From the NCBI GenBank assembly GCA_012295275.1, contig CM022673.1:15562001-15626000 (forward strand): DNA of 64,000 nt, in the 5' to 3' direction. Under the pieces are notes generated by a model that did no database searches, had not been told where the DNA came from, and was given only the letters and a program-made list of their open reading frames with translations. The DNA comes from Chrysomallon squamiferum (lineage: Eukaryota; Animalia; Mollusca). How positions within the stretch are numbered: position 1 is the first letter of the stretch; each line of letters starts with the position of its first letter. Both the position numbers and the translations under genes were made by a program. This document shows, piece by piece, positions 1-18,685 of the stretch.

Positions 1-1952
1 TGATAATAATTATTTTGAATTTATTGCTATGGTCCTGAACCTAATTGTAATAATTAAAATAATAATAATAATAATTAGAAGAAGAAGAAGAAGAATTTGC
101 ACACATTATTATTATTATTATTATTACTACTTCTACTACTACTACTATTGCTACTATTATTATTATAAAAATAATAAGATGAAATATATATTTAGTGTTT
201 AGTATGAAGAAAGTCCTCGAATCAAAAATAAATAAAACAAAATAAAATATGTATAATACAGGGAGTGTCAGATCTTTTAACAGATGGTTGAACCAGTCTC
301 GACATTAAGGTGAATGTTTATTAAAACCTGATCCTGGTACATCTAAAAAGAATAACTAAATTGTAATCAGTATCTGCGTTAACATATCACTAATCTACAT
401 TAGCAAATGGAATTTTTCAGCTTTATTATTATTGTTGTTGTTATTGTTATTATTATTATTATTATATTTATTTTAATTTTATTTTGTCATTACTATTTTA
501 ATTTTTAATTTTATTTATTTTCTTTTAGGTGTTGTAACAGTATAGTAATTGTGTGAAATAACGTATCTCAAATCTACACTAATCAGTAGTTTACATCACG
601 AAAAGTTTATTATTATTATTAGACAACTGTATTTTTACCTCTGCTAGCCTCAAGACAAGGAAGAATAAAAGAAAACTGTTCAGCGAATGAAATGATTGTT
701 CTTTTTCTAAAACACAAAATTTAGTCTTTTTATTCATCAAATGATAATTAAACAGGTTAGTGCACCAACACACCAAAACAGTATTTTTATTTTTATTTTG
801 TGCTCAAACTGAGTAAATTGCGACCCTCTGAAATGAAATTTTTTTTTTTCCTTTTTCTTTTTAAAACTGGCGGTACAATAACCATATAACATTATCTTTA
901 TACATACATATAATGCTGTAGTAACATAAAGTCATTATGAAGTTATAGTGCAGTTATAAATATGATCAATTCTGACTTGATATTATTAAAAAATCTATTG
1001 AAACTGTATGATTTAATTATAAATATGATAAACCTAAATTTAATATTATTATAAATGTATATAAACGTGTGTTTGTGTATGTTAAGAAAGTAATTAAACA
1101 AGTTATGGCATAAGGCGTAAACAAATTTGGTTGTTTCATTTTAATCAAAACATATCTAGACTTTTTTTAAAATAATTTGTTTTCGTTTTATTTTTTTTTA
1201 TTTTTTTTTTTTTTAAAGAAGATATTTGAATACAAAAGATTTTGACATCATCAGTGACATCAAGATGGAGAATTATCAATTTTTTTTTTTTTTTTAAATG
1301 GCACATTTATTTGAAATTAACGGAACTTATTTCAAGATAAGATCATCCAGTACAAGTTCACTGCAAAATCAAACAGTGAGAAATCTTGCTCGAGGTACTT
1401 GCCTTCTCTTGTAAACATTTTAATTAAAATTTATTTTCCTATTTAATTAGCTGGGTTTGTCCTTTTTAGTTTTTGTTCACACTGTTATTTTTATGTTTGT
1501 TTTGTTTCTTGTACAAAATTGTCTTTAGTGTTATTATTTATTACTGGCTGAATAACATCTTTTTATTTTATACTTTATTTTTTATTTTCACATGTATCAT
1601 ATCAAATAAATAAAAATAAAAATAACAACACTGACAACAAGAATGACGACGATAATAATAATATTACTATTAATACATAAATAAAAATCTTTCCAGTAAC
1701 AATTTCAGTTGTGATATGTTTCTCCACTTAACAATAATGTGATGTCAATATTTTGTATAATTCACGGAGTCAGAATGAATACTATTATTCAATTACCTTT
1801 ATAAACTATTTCGTGAGTCACAATTCTAACAAAGTGTCTTATGATTTACTGTACTGATCATGTGAAAAATCTCAGAAACTCTATCACAAAATTTCAGTTT
1901 CTTTGGCACATTAAGAAAACAAAAAAAAATTCATTCATCCATTTACTCTATT

Positions 1953-7771
<5,819 letters not shown>

Positions 7772-9262
7772 GCTGCCGGATGTTAGTATTTGTTACAAAT
7801 AGTTGACAGACTGTTTTTCATAAAACAATCCGCTTGTTAAAATGGACAGAACAATATTAATAAAATACGTCGTGTTAGTAGTCTGTTTCTCTGCAGTATT
7901 TCCCTTCCCCCAGTCAAAATAGTTTAAACACTTTTTATTAGTAAACAAACAAAAAAGAGCCCCAACAACAAACAACAAATGAAGAAAACACAAAAAAGTA
8001 ATATTTGTAAATACATGTGATAGTTGTTTTGAACAGTAATGCCACTAATTAATGCATACAATGATACAGCATAGTTTATCTACAACACATTATTAGCACT
8101 ACTGACCTTACTACTCGTAACTGTCAAAGTCATGACTGCTGAAATATTATTCCACACATTTCATAGCATAAATGGGCAGATTAATTACACTTACTAATTT
8201 AACAAAAAGCAATGCTAAAACGGTGTTTAATGCTAAAACCTAAACATTGTTATATTTTTTATTTCAAAGATGTGTGTTATACACAGTTTTTAATTATAGA
8301 TCAGTAATGACAACTGTAAGAAGAATGGGAAACAAATCATATTCATTATTTTAATTTTATATTTGGAAATTTAGCTACTTGAATACATTATCAACGTATG
8401 GTACAGAAACGGAAGATTATTTCTAAATAATTATAATATTTATATAATTACTATAAATGTACAACTGGTCGCTGCGTTTAATGTGTAGTACGTTAGGTGG
8501 TAATGACAATAAAAATAGAGGTTAATTCTGTACTTTAGTTTGGAAATCTATTATAACCAGCCTGTAAGAACGAGAGAAGACTGGTGTCTTTTCTTTTATA
8601 GTGATATGTTAAGGTATTTATGTAAGTATGCATGAATACATGTAATGTATGTGGATGCACGCGCGCTTGTTTTTGTTTGTCTCTGTGTATTTGTAAACTA
8701 AAAATACTTCTAAAAAGAAAAATTAAACAAGTAGTAGCAGTAATAATAATAATAAAAACACAATCTATTATAGTCTGGCTGAAAATTTCATTTCAAAATT
8801 ATCATGATTTTCTATTTTTTTCACGGATTTTATTTTACATTTCTGTCCAGTATGATGTCACAAAACTATAAATATCCTCGTTTATTCATTCATTATATAA
8901 TCTAATCGTAAGAATTGATGCAAATTAACACTACCAATCACATTTCAATATTTTTAATTTTGATTTTAATTTACTTGGTAAAATAATTTACATGATTCAT
9001 TATATATAAATAAAAAATAAATAATATTAAATAGTCATCGAGGATAACACATCAAAATATATTATGGTCCAGCGTGGTCCTCTTTCGATAATCAGTAATT
9101 CAGTCCATAACGAATTTTAAATTAAAATACTTAATACTGGAATAATAGTTTCATAATAAAAAAATAAATAAAAATAAATAAAAAAAGTAATAATAATAAT
9201 AATAATAATAATAATATATATATATATATTTAGGAATTTTGCTATCTATAGGTGTTTTATTA

Positions 9263-9314
<52 letters not shown>

Positions 9315-10088
9315 TTAAAATATAATCAATAAACACATTTAAAAAATGATTTAATAAATTACTCGCAAATTTATTCAAGCAAATAACAAACAATAACTGT
9401 TTATCACAGTGTATATTTATTAAGACTGTGTAGAAAACAGTTAAATTACAGAACATATAATAGAAATGATGTTTACGTTAATATATTATCTAAATATTTT
9501 GATTTTGCGTATCTAATTTAGTGTGCAAATAGTTTTGAACTCTGACTTAAAATAATTTTTAGTTCAAAACTATTTGAGAGCTGGAACGAAAATTGACTAT
9601 TTAAATACTCGGGTGCACTACCATTGGTGATATTATACATGTGTCCTAACTTCATTTGTTGTATTCTGTACTTTACTTTATTTTTGTTTACTCTATCCAA
9701 CATGGGTTCTGGATGGAGCATTTAACATGTCTCTAATGATTTTATTTTGTGTCAGTTAGCCTTAAAATGCTCAATTCATAACACTGGTCGTGGTGATTAT
9801 TATAATTTTGTATGCATTTGCAGTTATTTTTTGTTACCATTTATGAATACCGTAAATCTGAACTACAATAAAATTCAATATGTAGAATTTCTTCTCTAAT
9901 TTTTAATTCCGCAAATAAAACTCGTTTCGAAAAGCAAATTTTCTTCGGCAGTTTTGTTAAAGGGAGGGACGAAAAGAACAGAAGAAAGAAAAGAACCCGT
10001 TCCATTTCGTGTAAAATTCTGAATCGAAAACGAAAGTAGAGCGTAAGACGACAATAACTATTAGAAAAAATTATTTTAGATTACTAAT
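7772..10088. promoter_or_regulatory. Divergent (head-to-head) intergenic/promoter region between KRR1-A and OGFr-like copy 1
   Basis: The genes start on opposite strands on either side. The region is paralogous to 32060-32930 plus 35410-36520 and to 49140-50550. It retains ACGGAAG (ETS-like) and GCACGCGCGC motifs across copies. No TSS data. Confidence 0.45.
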
Positions 10089-11462
10089 ATGCTATCAAAA
10101 CAGAATTTCAAGTCCAGAATATCAACCAGAAACTTAGATGACGAAGATGTTCCAGGCAGTAAAATCGAAGATGACCAGTGGAATGATTTAAAGGAACTTC
10201 CATCCGATACGGAAAATGAAACCGATACAAATGACAATCAGGTTTCAGAAAGTAATGATTTAGACGAACTTCCTGATGCAGAAGTACAAAACAACTACAG
10301 AGTTCTGATGTGAATGATAAACCAGTACAAATAGATACACAAATTATAAAAACTTCACTAAATAATTGTGATAATCATAATGACAGTAAGATAGATACTA
10401 TTCAATCGATTGAAGATTTCCAGGAAAATGATGCCAGTGAAACAGATTTCACTCAGTCCAGTATAGACTTAAACACATATAAACAATCAGAGGTTTCAGA
10501 AAGTAACGATCAAGACGAATTTCTTGAAGTAAAAGTACAAGAGAAAATACAGATTTCTGAAGTGAATGATAAACCATCACAAATGTTTTCACTAAATAAT
10601 TGTGAAAATCATGATAGCAAAATAGATATTAGCCACTCGAATGAAGATTGCCAGGAAAAGCTTGCCAATGATACAAATTTCACCAATACAGAAATAAACA
10701 CAGATAAACTATCTAAGGACACTATCAACACTGACAACTCCAGTACATTCACAAAATGTTTGTGAACACAGATAAACTATCTGAGACCCATACAGGCTAT
10801 AAACTATCTGAGGTTTCAGAAAGTAACGATGTAGACGAACTTTCTGAAGCAAATGTACAAGGGCAGATATTTGAAGTGAACACAGATAAACTCTCTGAGG
10901 ACACTAACAACACTGGCAACTCCAGTACATTCACAGAAAGATTGTGTTGTAATGAGACACCAGTTTGTGAAAGTAAGCCTGAAATAATAAAGAAAGACAG
11001 TGAAAGAAAGGCAGACACTGAAAAAAACAACTATCATTCAGCTAGTGTTGTTGAAATACCAATAGAAGACACTGATGATAACAAACCTGAATCAGATGGA
11101 AGTTTTGTTAATGAATCTGAGAAAATAAGCAACAGTTCATTCAATGTATGTATTTAAATTCCCACCATAGCGAGTTAAACAAAAGTGCATTGGTCAGTGA
11201 CAGTGAGTCATCAACTGAGATTGTAAACCAGACCAACACAAATATAAAATACAAAAACAGAATAGACGAGTTTTTTTCAGAAGCCTCAGATCCAGACGAG
11301 AAAGATTTGAACACTGATGTGAAAAGTGCAAAACTGCCTGAAGAAGCTGACAGTAATACACAGTCACCAGATTCCAGTTCAGACACTGAAAAACAAGAAG
11401 AAAATATTTCCAAAACTGATGTTAAAATGGGGTCATGTTGTTGCAAAGGTCAGACGGATGAG
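10089..11462 (+). pseudogene. Disrupted acidic (D/E/S/T/N-rich) first exon of OGFr-like copy 1
   Basis: Four consecutive ORF fragments (10089, 10310, 10756, 11148) match the single ORF 50556-51692. Frameshifts at A4 vs A5 (10288-10291), at an internal duplication (~10756-10940), and at a net 17-nt insertion (~11136-11157). Donor GAG|GTAAAA at 11462. Confidence 0.8.
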
Positions 11463-14400
11463 GTAAAAGAGTAAAATAATTTATGGTCTAGTAATAACTA
11501 TCATTTAGACTGGTATTTATGTACTGTAAATTTGTACACTTGCTCTGTATCTGTAAACAAACATCTTCTATGTATGAATTTCTGTTCTATTCATTACTTG
11601 ATTTTGTTTAACTATATTCCCTATTTTAATATATGTATGTGGTTTAATGTTTATAAGTAAACATCAAATTTGTGAGCAGAATCATATGTTTTATTTATTA
11701 AAAGTTAATTATTATATTTATCTTTCAGGATCCTGAGTTTGACATGTCAGATTCACAACCAGAGGTTTGTTATTTACTTACTGTATGTTTTATTTGTGTG
11801 TGTACGTATATGTTATAATGATCTGTTAAAAGAAAGGAACAGCTAGTTATTATGGAAATTGGAGTGAAAGAGATACAGACCACTACAGACCTGGTTATCC
11901 TGTAAGATTAGCCTGTGCAGTCAACAGTCATGTAAAATAAATGATGAAGTATGTGGATGCTATTCCCTTTTTAACTTCTTTTTTGCTGTTGTTGTTGTAG
12001 TTGGCTGCTTCTAATTCTATTATAAATTATGAGACTGTTTGTGTGTGTGCATGTATGGTGTGTATGCACCTATTTCATTATTTTAATATTTCTATCACTG
12101 ATTTAATAAAATATTGGAATAGTTCTCAGTGCTGTATATTCTTTGATGTATGACCATCAATTTGAATCATTTATTTATCAGTATTACACAAACACATATT
12201 TGCATGCAGACATAACCCACATGGAACATACACTTTCTTTTTAGCATCCTTCAAAGCAAGTGAGCATTGCACAGGCAGTTTAAAATCAGTTTTAATTTTC
12301 AGGTCAAAGGTGCAGGCAAGAAGAAAGGAACAGCAAGTTACTATTATGGAAATTGGAGTGAAAGAGATACAGAGCACTACAGACGTGGTTATCATGTAAG
12401 AGACAAATACAGATGGTCTTCCATTAATCTTGGCTTTCTAAATATTTTTAAACATACACATGTTGATAACTTTAATATGCAAAGATATATATGTTCTTTT
12501 TATGTAAATGCTTTTGATAAATAAGAAGATTTAATTTCATTTGAGTTTTCTACTCTTGAAGTCAGTTTTAATTCTTTTATGTATGAATTTGCATTGTATT
12601 CATTACTTGATTTTGTTTAACTATATTCCCTATTTAAATATATGTATGTGGTTTAATGTTTATAAGTAAACATCAAATTTGTGAGCAGAATCATATGTTT
12701 TATTTATTAAAAGTTAATTATTATATTTATCTTTCAGGATCCTGAGTTTGACATGTCAGATTCACAACCAGAGGTTTGTTATTTACTTACTGTATGTTTT
12801 GCTTGTGTGTGTACGTATATGTTATAATGATCTGTTAAAAGAAAGGAACAGCTAGTTATTATGGAAATTGGAGTGAAAGAGATACAGAGCACTACAGACG
12901 TGGTTATCCAGTAAGAGACAAATACACATGGTCTTCCATTAATCTTGGCTTTCTAAATATTTTTAAACATACAGATGTTGATAACCTTAATATGCAAAGA
13001 TATTTATGTTCTTTTTATGTCAATGTCTGACTTTCTTATCAGAATTTCTTTAAATTTCTTTTCTTGCTATTCCTCTAGGTTTCAGATATAAGAATTCAGT
13101 CTCCCTAAGTCATCCCATCTACTCTGTTTATCAGCTTGTGCAGAAACTTGGCTCATATATTTGGTTTCTTAAACTGCTGATAAACATTGAGTTTTATATT
13201 ATCTGTGGTTCTGAAAATTTTATGTTGCATGTCTGGCTTTAGTCGGGTCTGGATGGACAAATCCTATTTCTGACTGCAAATGGGAAAAACTTAGGATCTG
13301 AATTTAGCGAAGATTGTCAATCATCAGTGTTGTCTGGTCCTCCAGTCCTCTAAATCTGTGTTTTGTTGTTTAATATCCACTATATATGAGTTACATCTTA
13401 ATATATATACAGCTTTAATATAAACAATTACAAAAAATGTTTTTTACTCTTCAATAAGAGACACAGTAATATTTTCCAATGTTGATGGCAGGCAAATTGC
13501 AAAATAGATTATTCTGTGCAGTTATTAATTATGTAAAATAAATGATGAAGTATGTAGACTTCTTTTTTTATTGTTGTTGTTGTAGTTGGCTGCTTCTAAT
13601 TGTATTATAAATTATGAGACTGTGTGTATGCATGTATGGTGTGTATACACTTATTTCATTATTTTAATATTTCTATCACTGACTTAATAAAGTATTGGAA
13701 TAGTTCTTAGTGCTGTACACTCTTTTATGTTTGGCCATGAATTTATCAATATTACTTACGCATACATATACACATGCATGCACACACATATTTGCTTGCA
13801 AACACAACCCACATAAAAAATACACTTTCTTTTTAGCTTGCTTCAAAGCAAATGAGTATTGCATAGGCAGTTTAAAATCAGTTTTAATTTGCAGGTCAAA
13901 GGGGTACACAAGAAGAAAGGAACAGCTGGTTATTATGGATACTGGAGTGATAGAGATACAGAGCACTACAGACGTGGTTATCCTGTAAGAGACAAACACA
14001 GATGGTCATCCATTAATCTTGGCTTTTTTAATATTTTTAAACATATAGATGTTGATTGATAACCTTAATATCCAAAGATATTTATGTTCTTTTTATGTAA
14101 ATGTTTCTGATAAATATGAAGATTTATTGTGATTTGTGTACTCTACTCTTGAAGTCAGTTTTAGTTCTTCTATGTATGAATTTCTGTTGTTTTCATTGTT
14201 TAATTTTGTTTAAGTATATTCTTTATTTAAATATACGTATGTGGGTAATGTTTATAAGTAAACATCAAATTTGTGAGCAGAATCATGTGTCCAAATGTTT
14301 ATCTGTTCAGCATTCATTAAAGATTTTGTTTTCATTATTCAGTGATTGTTTTAATTATATGAATGTAAGCAGTGATTTCATTTATATATTAAAGGTTTTT

Positions 14401-14924
14401 GTTTCATGAATTTATTAAAGTAACAATATTTTATTTTATTTCAAGTAGATATACCACTGTCCCTCTTTTATGCATCAATTTGTCTTATATTGCCATATTT
14501 TCAATATATTAGCATTTTCTGTTACAAACTACACCTCACCAGCCCCCTCCACCAGCTCAGATAGTTGATAACTTATTTTAATCCAGCCTTTGCTATAATC
14601 ATCCCATCTGACCAAACTACAGTTCTTGGCAAATATAATCATGTATATGTTACAGTTACACTGTTATAAGTTTCAACTATTGACAAAGTATGTGTGTTTT
14701 ATAATTCATAAGGCAGCCTAAAGTTAGCCTTAGAAATGTGGTATATGTATGTAATCACAATTAACAGAAGTAAAATAGTCTGATGATGCTAGCTCTGTAG
14801 ACTGATCTCCTAGGTTACTGCAAATGATGTTTATCTGAACATATTTTAGTGTGAAATTTTATCATTTCTTAAGTGAACACTAAGTGCTAAATTATTTTGT
14901 TCTGATTACATCTTTTCTTTAATT

Positions 14925-14999
<75 letters not shown>

Positions 15000-17853
15000 T
15001 TATTTTATTTTATTTATTTATTTATTTTACTTTTTCCATTTTTAATTCACTTATCATTTTATGATTTACATTATTGTTTCTCTTCTCTTCTCTTTCATGC
15101 TTAGGGAAAGAAAGATGACAAACGGGCAGACAAGAATTTGAAGTTTTACAAAAATAAAATAAAGTCATATCCTAATGGTTAGTTTTATTTAATGTACTTA
15201 TTTATTTATTTATTTATTTATTTTTAAATGATCTTACTCTTTTATTATTACTCTCTGTCTCTCTCTCTCACTCTCTCTCACACACACACACAAATACACA
15301 TTTGTCAAATGAATTAATCTATTCAATAAATCTATTTGGGTGTGTTTGAATTTGTGTAATTTTCTTTTCTAATGTGTTTCAGGGGATTTTATTGACAAAA
15401 TCCACAAAGAATGGAAAGGAGACTACAGTTTGTTAGAAATATATCAGGGTTACATACAGTGGTAATTTTTAGATAAAATTATATTTGCCAGTATTAGTGA
15501 TTACCAGCTTTTATTGAATTACAAGAAATGTTTTTCTCACAAGATATATGTATGTGTGTGTGTGTGTATATATATATGATAGAAATTACCCTTTGCTAAT
15601 AATAAAGTCTGATAAAAGTGTAACATGTTTTAGGCAATCCTTTTCTTGTTTTCCTTGAATTTTTGTAAAATACTATGTTTTACATAGAAAATTAAAAAAA
15701 AAATAACCAATACACAGATACAGTAGTTAACTCAGTTACTGATGACACATGGTAAGAATCATTGTCCAAAACGAAAATTATGTAATAAATGAATAATATT
15801 TAACTTAATTTAATAATTTAAAATATGAGAGAAAACTGTTTTATTTTCTCATCCTCTAGGCTCTTTCCAACCAGAGAGATGGGAATGAACTGGTATGCAC
15901 AGGAATTACAGTCTCACGAAGCAGAGGTATTCTAGCATAGTCCCTTTATATAACCCTCTTTTCCTCTGTTTCCCATGTGTTTATATTTTTCTTTTTATCT
16001 GTCATCTCCCATTTCTCATTCCTTCCATTTCTCATAGAAGATAAACATTTATTTATTTACTTACTTATTTTTTAACTTATTTGCTTACTTACTTACTTAC
16101 CTACATACTTATTTACTTATTTTTTATATCACAGGCTATCAAAGCTGACCCAAAAGCAAAGGAAAGAGTTCTAAAATCATATGAGATGATGTTGGATTTC
16201 TATGGAATGAAACTGCTTGATAAAACTACTGGAGAGATTGGCAGATCAGATAACTGGGAGGAACGATCAGATCATTTGAATCAGTAATATTTTTATTAAA
16301 ACATTTCAGATAGTATAATTATCTTTTGTATCATTCAGATTTGTTGTTTTCTTCATTATTTTACTTAAATTATTATTTATTGTGAGCAAAGGTTGTTCTG
16401 AATGAAAAAGACAACAACTATATGGAATTTAGAAAATATCTTTCCTTTTTTATCATTATTATTGTGGGGTTTTAATTATTTATTTTTTTTTTTTATTACT
16501 GACTAAAGGTACATTTTAGTATCAGCTGATAAAAATATGGTTTGAGCCATGTAAAGTTAATAAAATTCTGCTTGAATAAATACAGCTGTTTTAATGTCAC
16601 CTCATACCATTTTAACATGAAGTGTTTTTGAAAATAATGTTGTTATTATTTATTTATTTCTTGTATCAATGGTGAAAATAAGAGGTTATTTTACATTGGT
16701 TTACAAAATGACTATTATTTTTTTTTAAACTTCTTATATTTCTAAATTTTTAAATTTATTTATCATTAATATGTTTACTTCTTAATATTTTATTGAAATA
16801 ACTTTTTAGTATATTTAAATTGTAATATTTATTTTCACATTATTTTGATAATTATTATACTGATAATGATAATAATAATAATGGTAAACCAGCTAAAATT
16901 TTAAATGAGGTAAAGTTATTAAAATTCTATGTGAATAAATACAACTATTTTAATGTCACCTCATGCCATTTTAACATGAAATATTTTTGAAGAGAATGTT
17001 ATTTATTTATTTATTTAGTTAGTTATTTAGTTAGTTAGTTGGTTAGTTATTTTATATTTAAATTTATTTTTCATTAATATGTTTATTTAATATTTCTTTG
17101 AAATGCTTTTTTATATATTTAAATGTAATATTTATTTTCACTTTATTTTAATAATTATTGCAACAATAATGATAATAAAAGCAAGAACAACAAAATAATA
17201 ATAACAAATAACAGTGAAAAGTAATTACACAGTGTTGAAAAAATAATAATAATAATAAATGCAAACCAATTAAAATTTAATTATTCCAAACTACTGTAAT
17301 AAATAGTTAGCAAACCTGAAGATGTTACAACTATCACTATTTAGTCCCCATGCAGTCATGCAGTGTATGTACACACTGAATAATTAATTTACTGACATTT
17401 AAAAACATTTTTATCTACTATTTCAAAAGTCACAAATACTCTAAGAATGCTCTTCACATCCCACCACTAAACCCACTAACAGCCACATAATGCTTTTTTC
17501 ACTGCACATTGTCAAGTACTCTTCAGTGAAACTTCTTTGTTATATTAATTTGTTTAGTATATATATATTTATTTATTCATTCATTTATTTACTTACTCTT
17601 TTCCCTTTTCAGTTCATACCACAACTGTCTAAGAATAACTCGTATTCTGAAGTCACTGAGAGAACTGGGTTTTGAAGGTTTTCAAGCTCCATTTGTCAAG
17701 TTCATTCTTCATGAGTGTTTTGAAGAAAAGTCTCTAAATGACTGCATACTTGTCAGTTGTTCGAATTACTGGGTAGGAACTATCAAAGATGATGATGAGA
17801 GAAATAGACTGACAGATCTAATAGACAAAACAATGGTTGAGAATGTTTCTTAA
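11427..17853 (+). CDS. Opioid growth factor receptor-like (OGFr_N domain) protein, copy 1, open from internal MGSCCCK start
   Basis: GT-AG exons 11427-11462, 11729-11764, 12303-12395, 12738-12773, 13895-13984, 15105-15177, 15383-15461, 15860-15926, 16135-16283, 17613-17853 join in frame (900 nt). The translation contains NLKFYKNKI, YIQWLFP, YEMMLDFYGMKL, NWEER, HNCLRITRILKSL, typical of OGFR/OGFRL1. Confidence 0.75.
11570..14110 (+). repeat. Local tandem duplications of the micro-exon + KKGTA...YRRGYP exon module
   Basis: Micro-exon DPEFDMSDSQPE occurs twice (11729, 12738). The KKGTA..WSERDTEHYRRGYP exon occurs four times: full at 12303 and 13895, 5'-truncated at ~11828 and ~12836. 12580-12915 repeats 11570-11906. 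Confidence 0.85.
14934..14998. repeat. (TAT)n microsatellite
   Basis: Perfect TAT run in an OGFr-like copy 1 intron; much shorter in the paralogous introns. Confidence 0.9.
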
Positions 17854-18651
17854 ATAACTATGTTAAAAAACAAAATGACAGTTATTTTTGTAATAAGTAG
17901 ATATGAATGATCATTAAAAATAATATATATTATCCAAAAATTCTTTTAGAAATAATTTACAATAATATAACTCAAAGAAAAGAAACCACAATAATTCTTA
18001 TGAAAATCACACGTAATAATGTTGTTAAAAATGTATATTGTTTTCTGTTCTGAACATATAGTTATAGTTATTTATTTTACAAAGTTAAAGTTATATTGTA
18101 TTCACATATATTATGCCTGTGATGTTTTGTTACAAAATGTTTCCAGTGTATTGTTATTAGTTGGAGTTATTCCCCTTAGACTATATTTGCTTATATTGAA
18201 TGTAAAAATTAACATTTTCCATATAAAATAATGATAATAATATTTTCTAATTAATACAAAATAACATCAACATTGATAAGTTGGTGGACATCTGGAGCAT
18301 AATCTGTAACAGTTTAAAATCATAACTGTTATTTGTAATTTACTGTGACCATTTTGTGGTAAGTATTGGGTTATTTGTATGTATTTTGACTCTTTTTTAT
18401 TGTTGACACAGACAAAAATATAGTACATTTTTTGTTTCTTACTCTGTATTTACTTTTTAACCTGTAGATTATATCCTATTTGCAATAAAATGTATTTTAT
18501 TGTTATTTTTATTCCCCTGCTTACATAAGAAACATATTTAGAATGTAAATATCTTTGTTTTGATCACCATTGAAAGTTGATTAAATTTTTCTAATTTGTT
18601 TTAAGACACCATAAGACAGTGATTAGTGACAATAATTTTTTTTATTTGTTT

Positions 18652-18685
<34 letters not shown>

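Noticed and set aside
1298-1414. Well-conserved block MAHLFEINGTYFKIRSS... repeated at 23011-23130
   Set aside because: Short, no recognisable protein and no convincing splice sites; conservation is explained by the segmental duplication (possibly KRR1 3' flank/UTR).
9151-9456. ORFs with poly-N/Y/I tracts (also 18619, 45143, 48125, 48779)
   Set aside because: Artefacts of (AAT)n/(GA)n microsatellites.
10797-11446. Minus-strand Ser/Leu-rich ORFs (also 50527-51676)
   Set aside because: Antisense shadows of the acidic OGFr-like exon.
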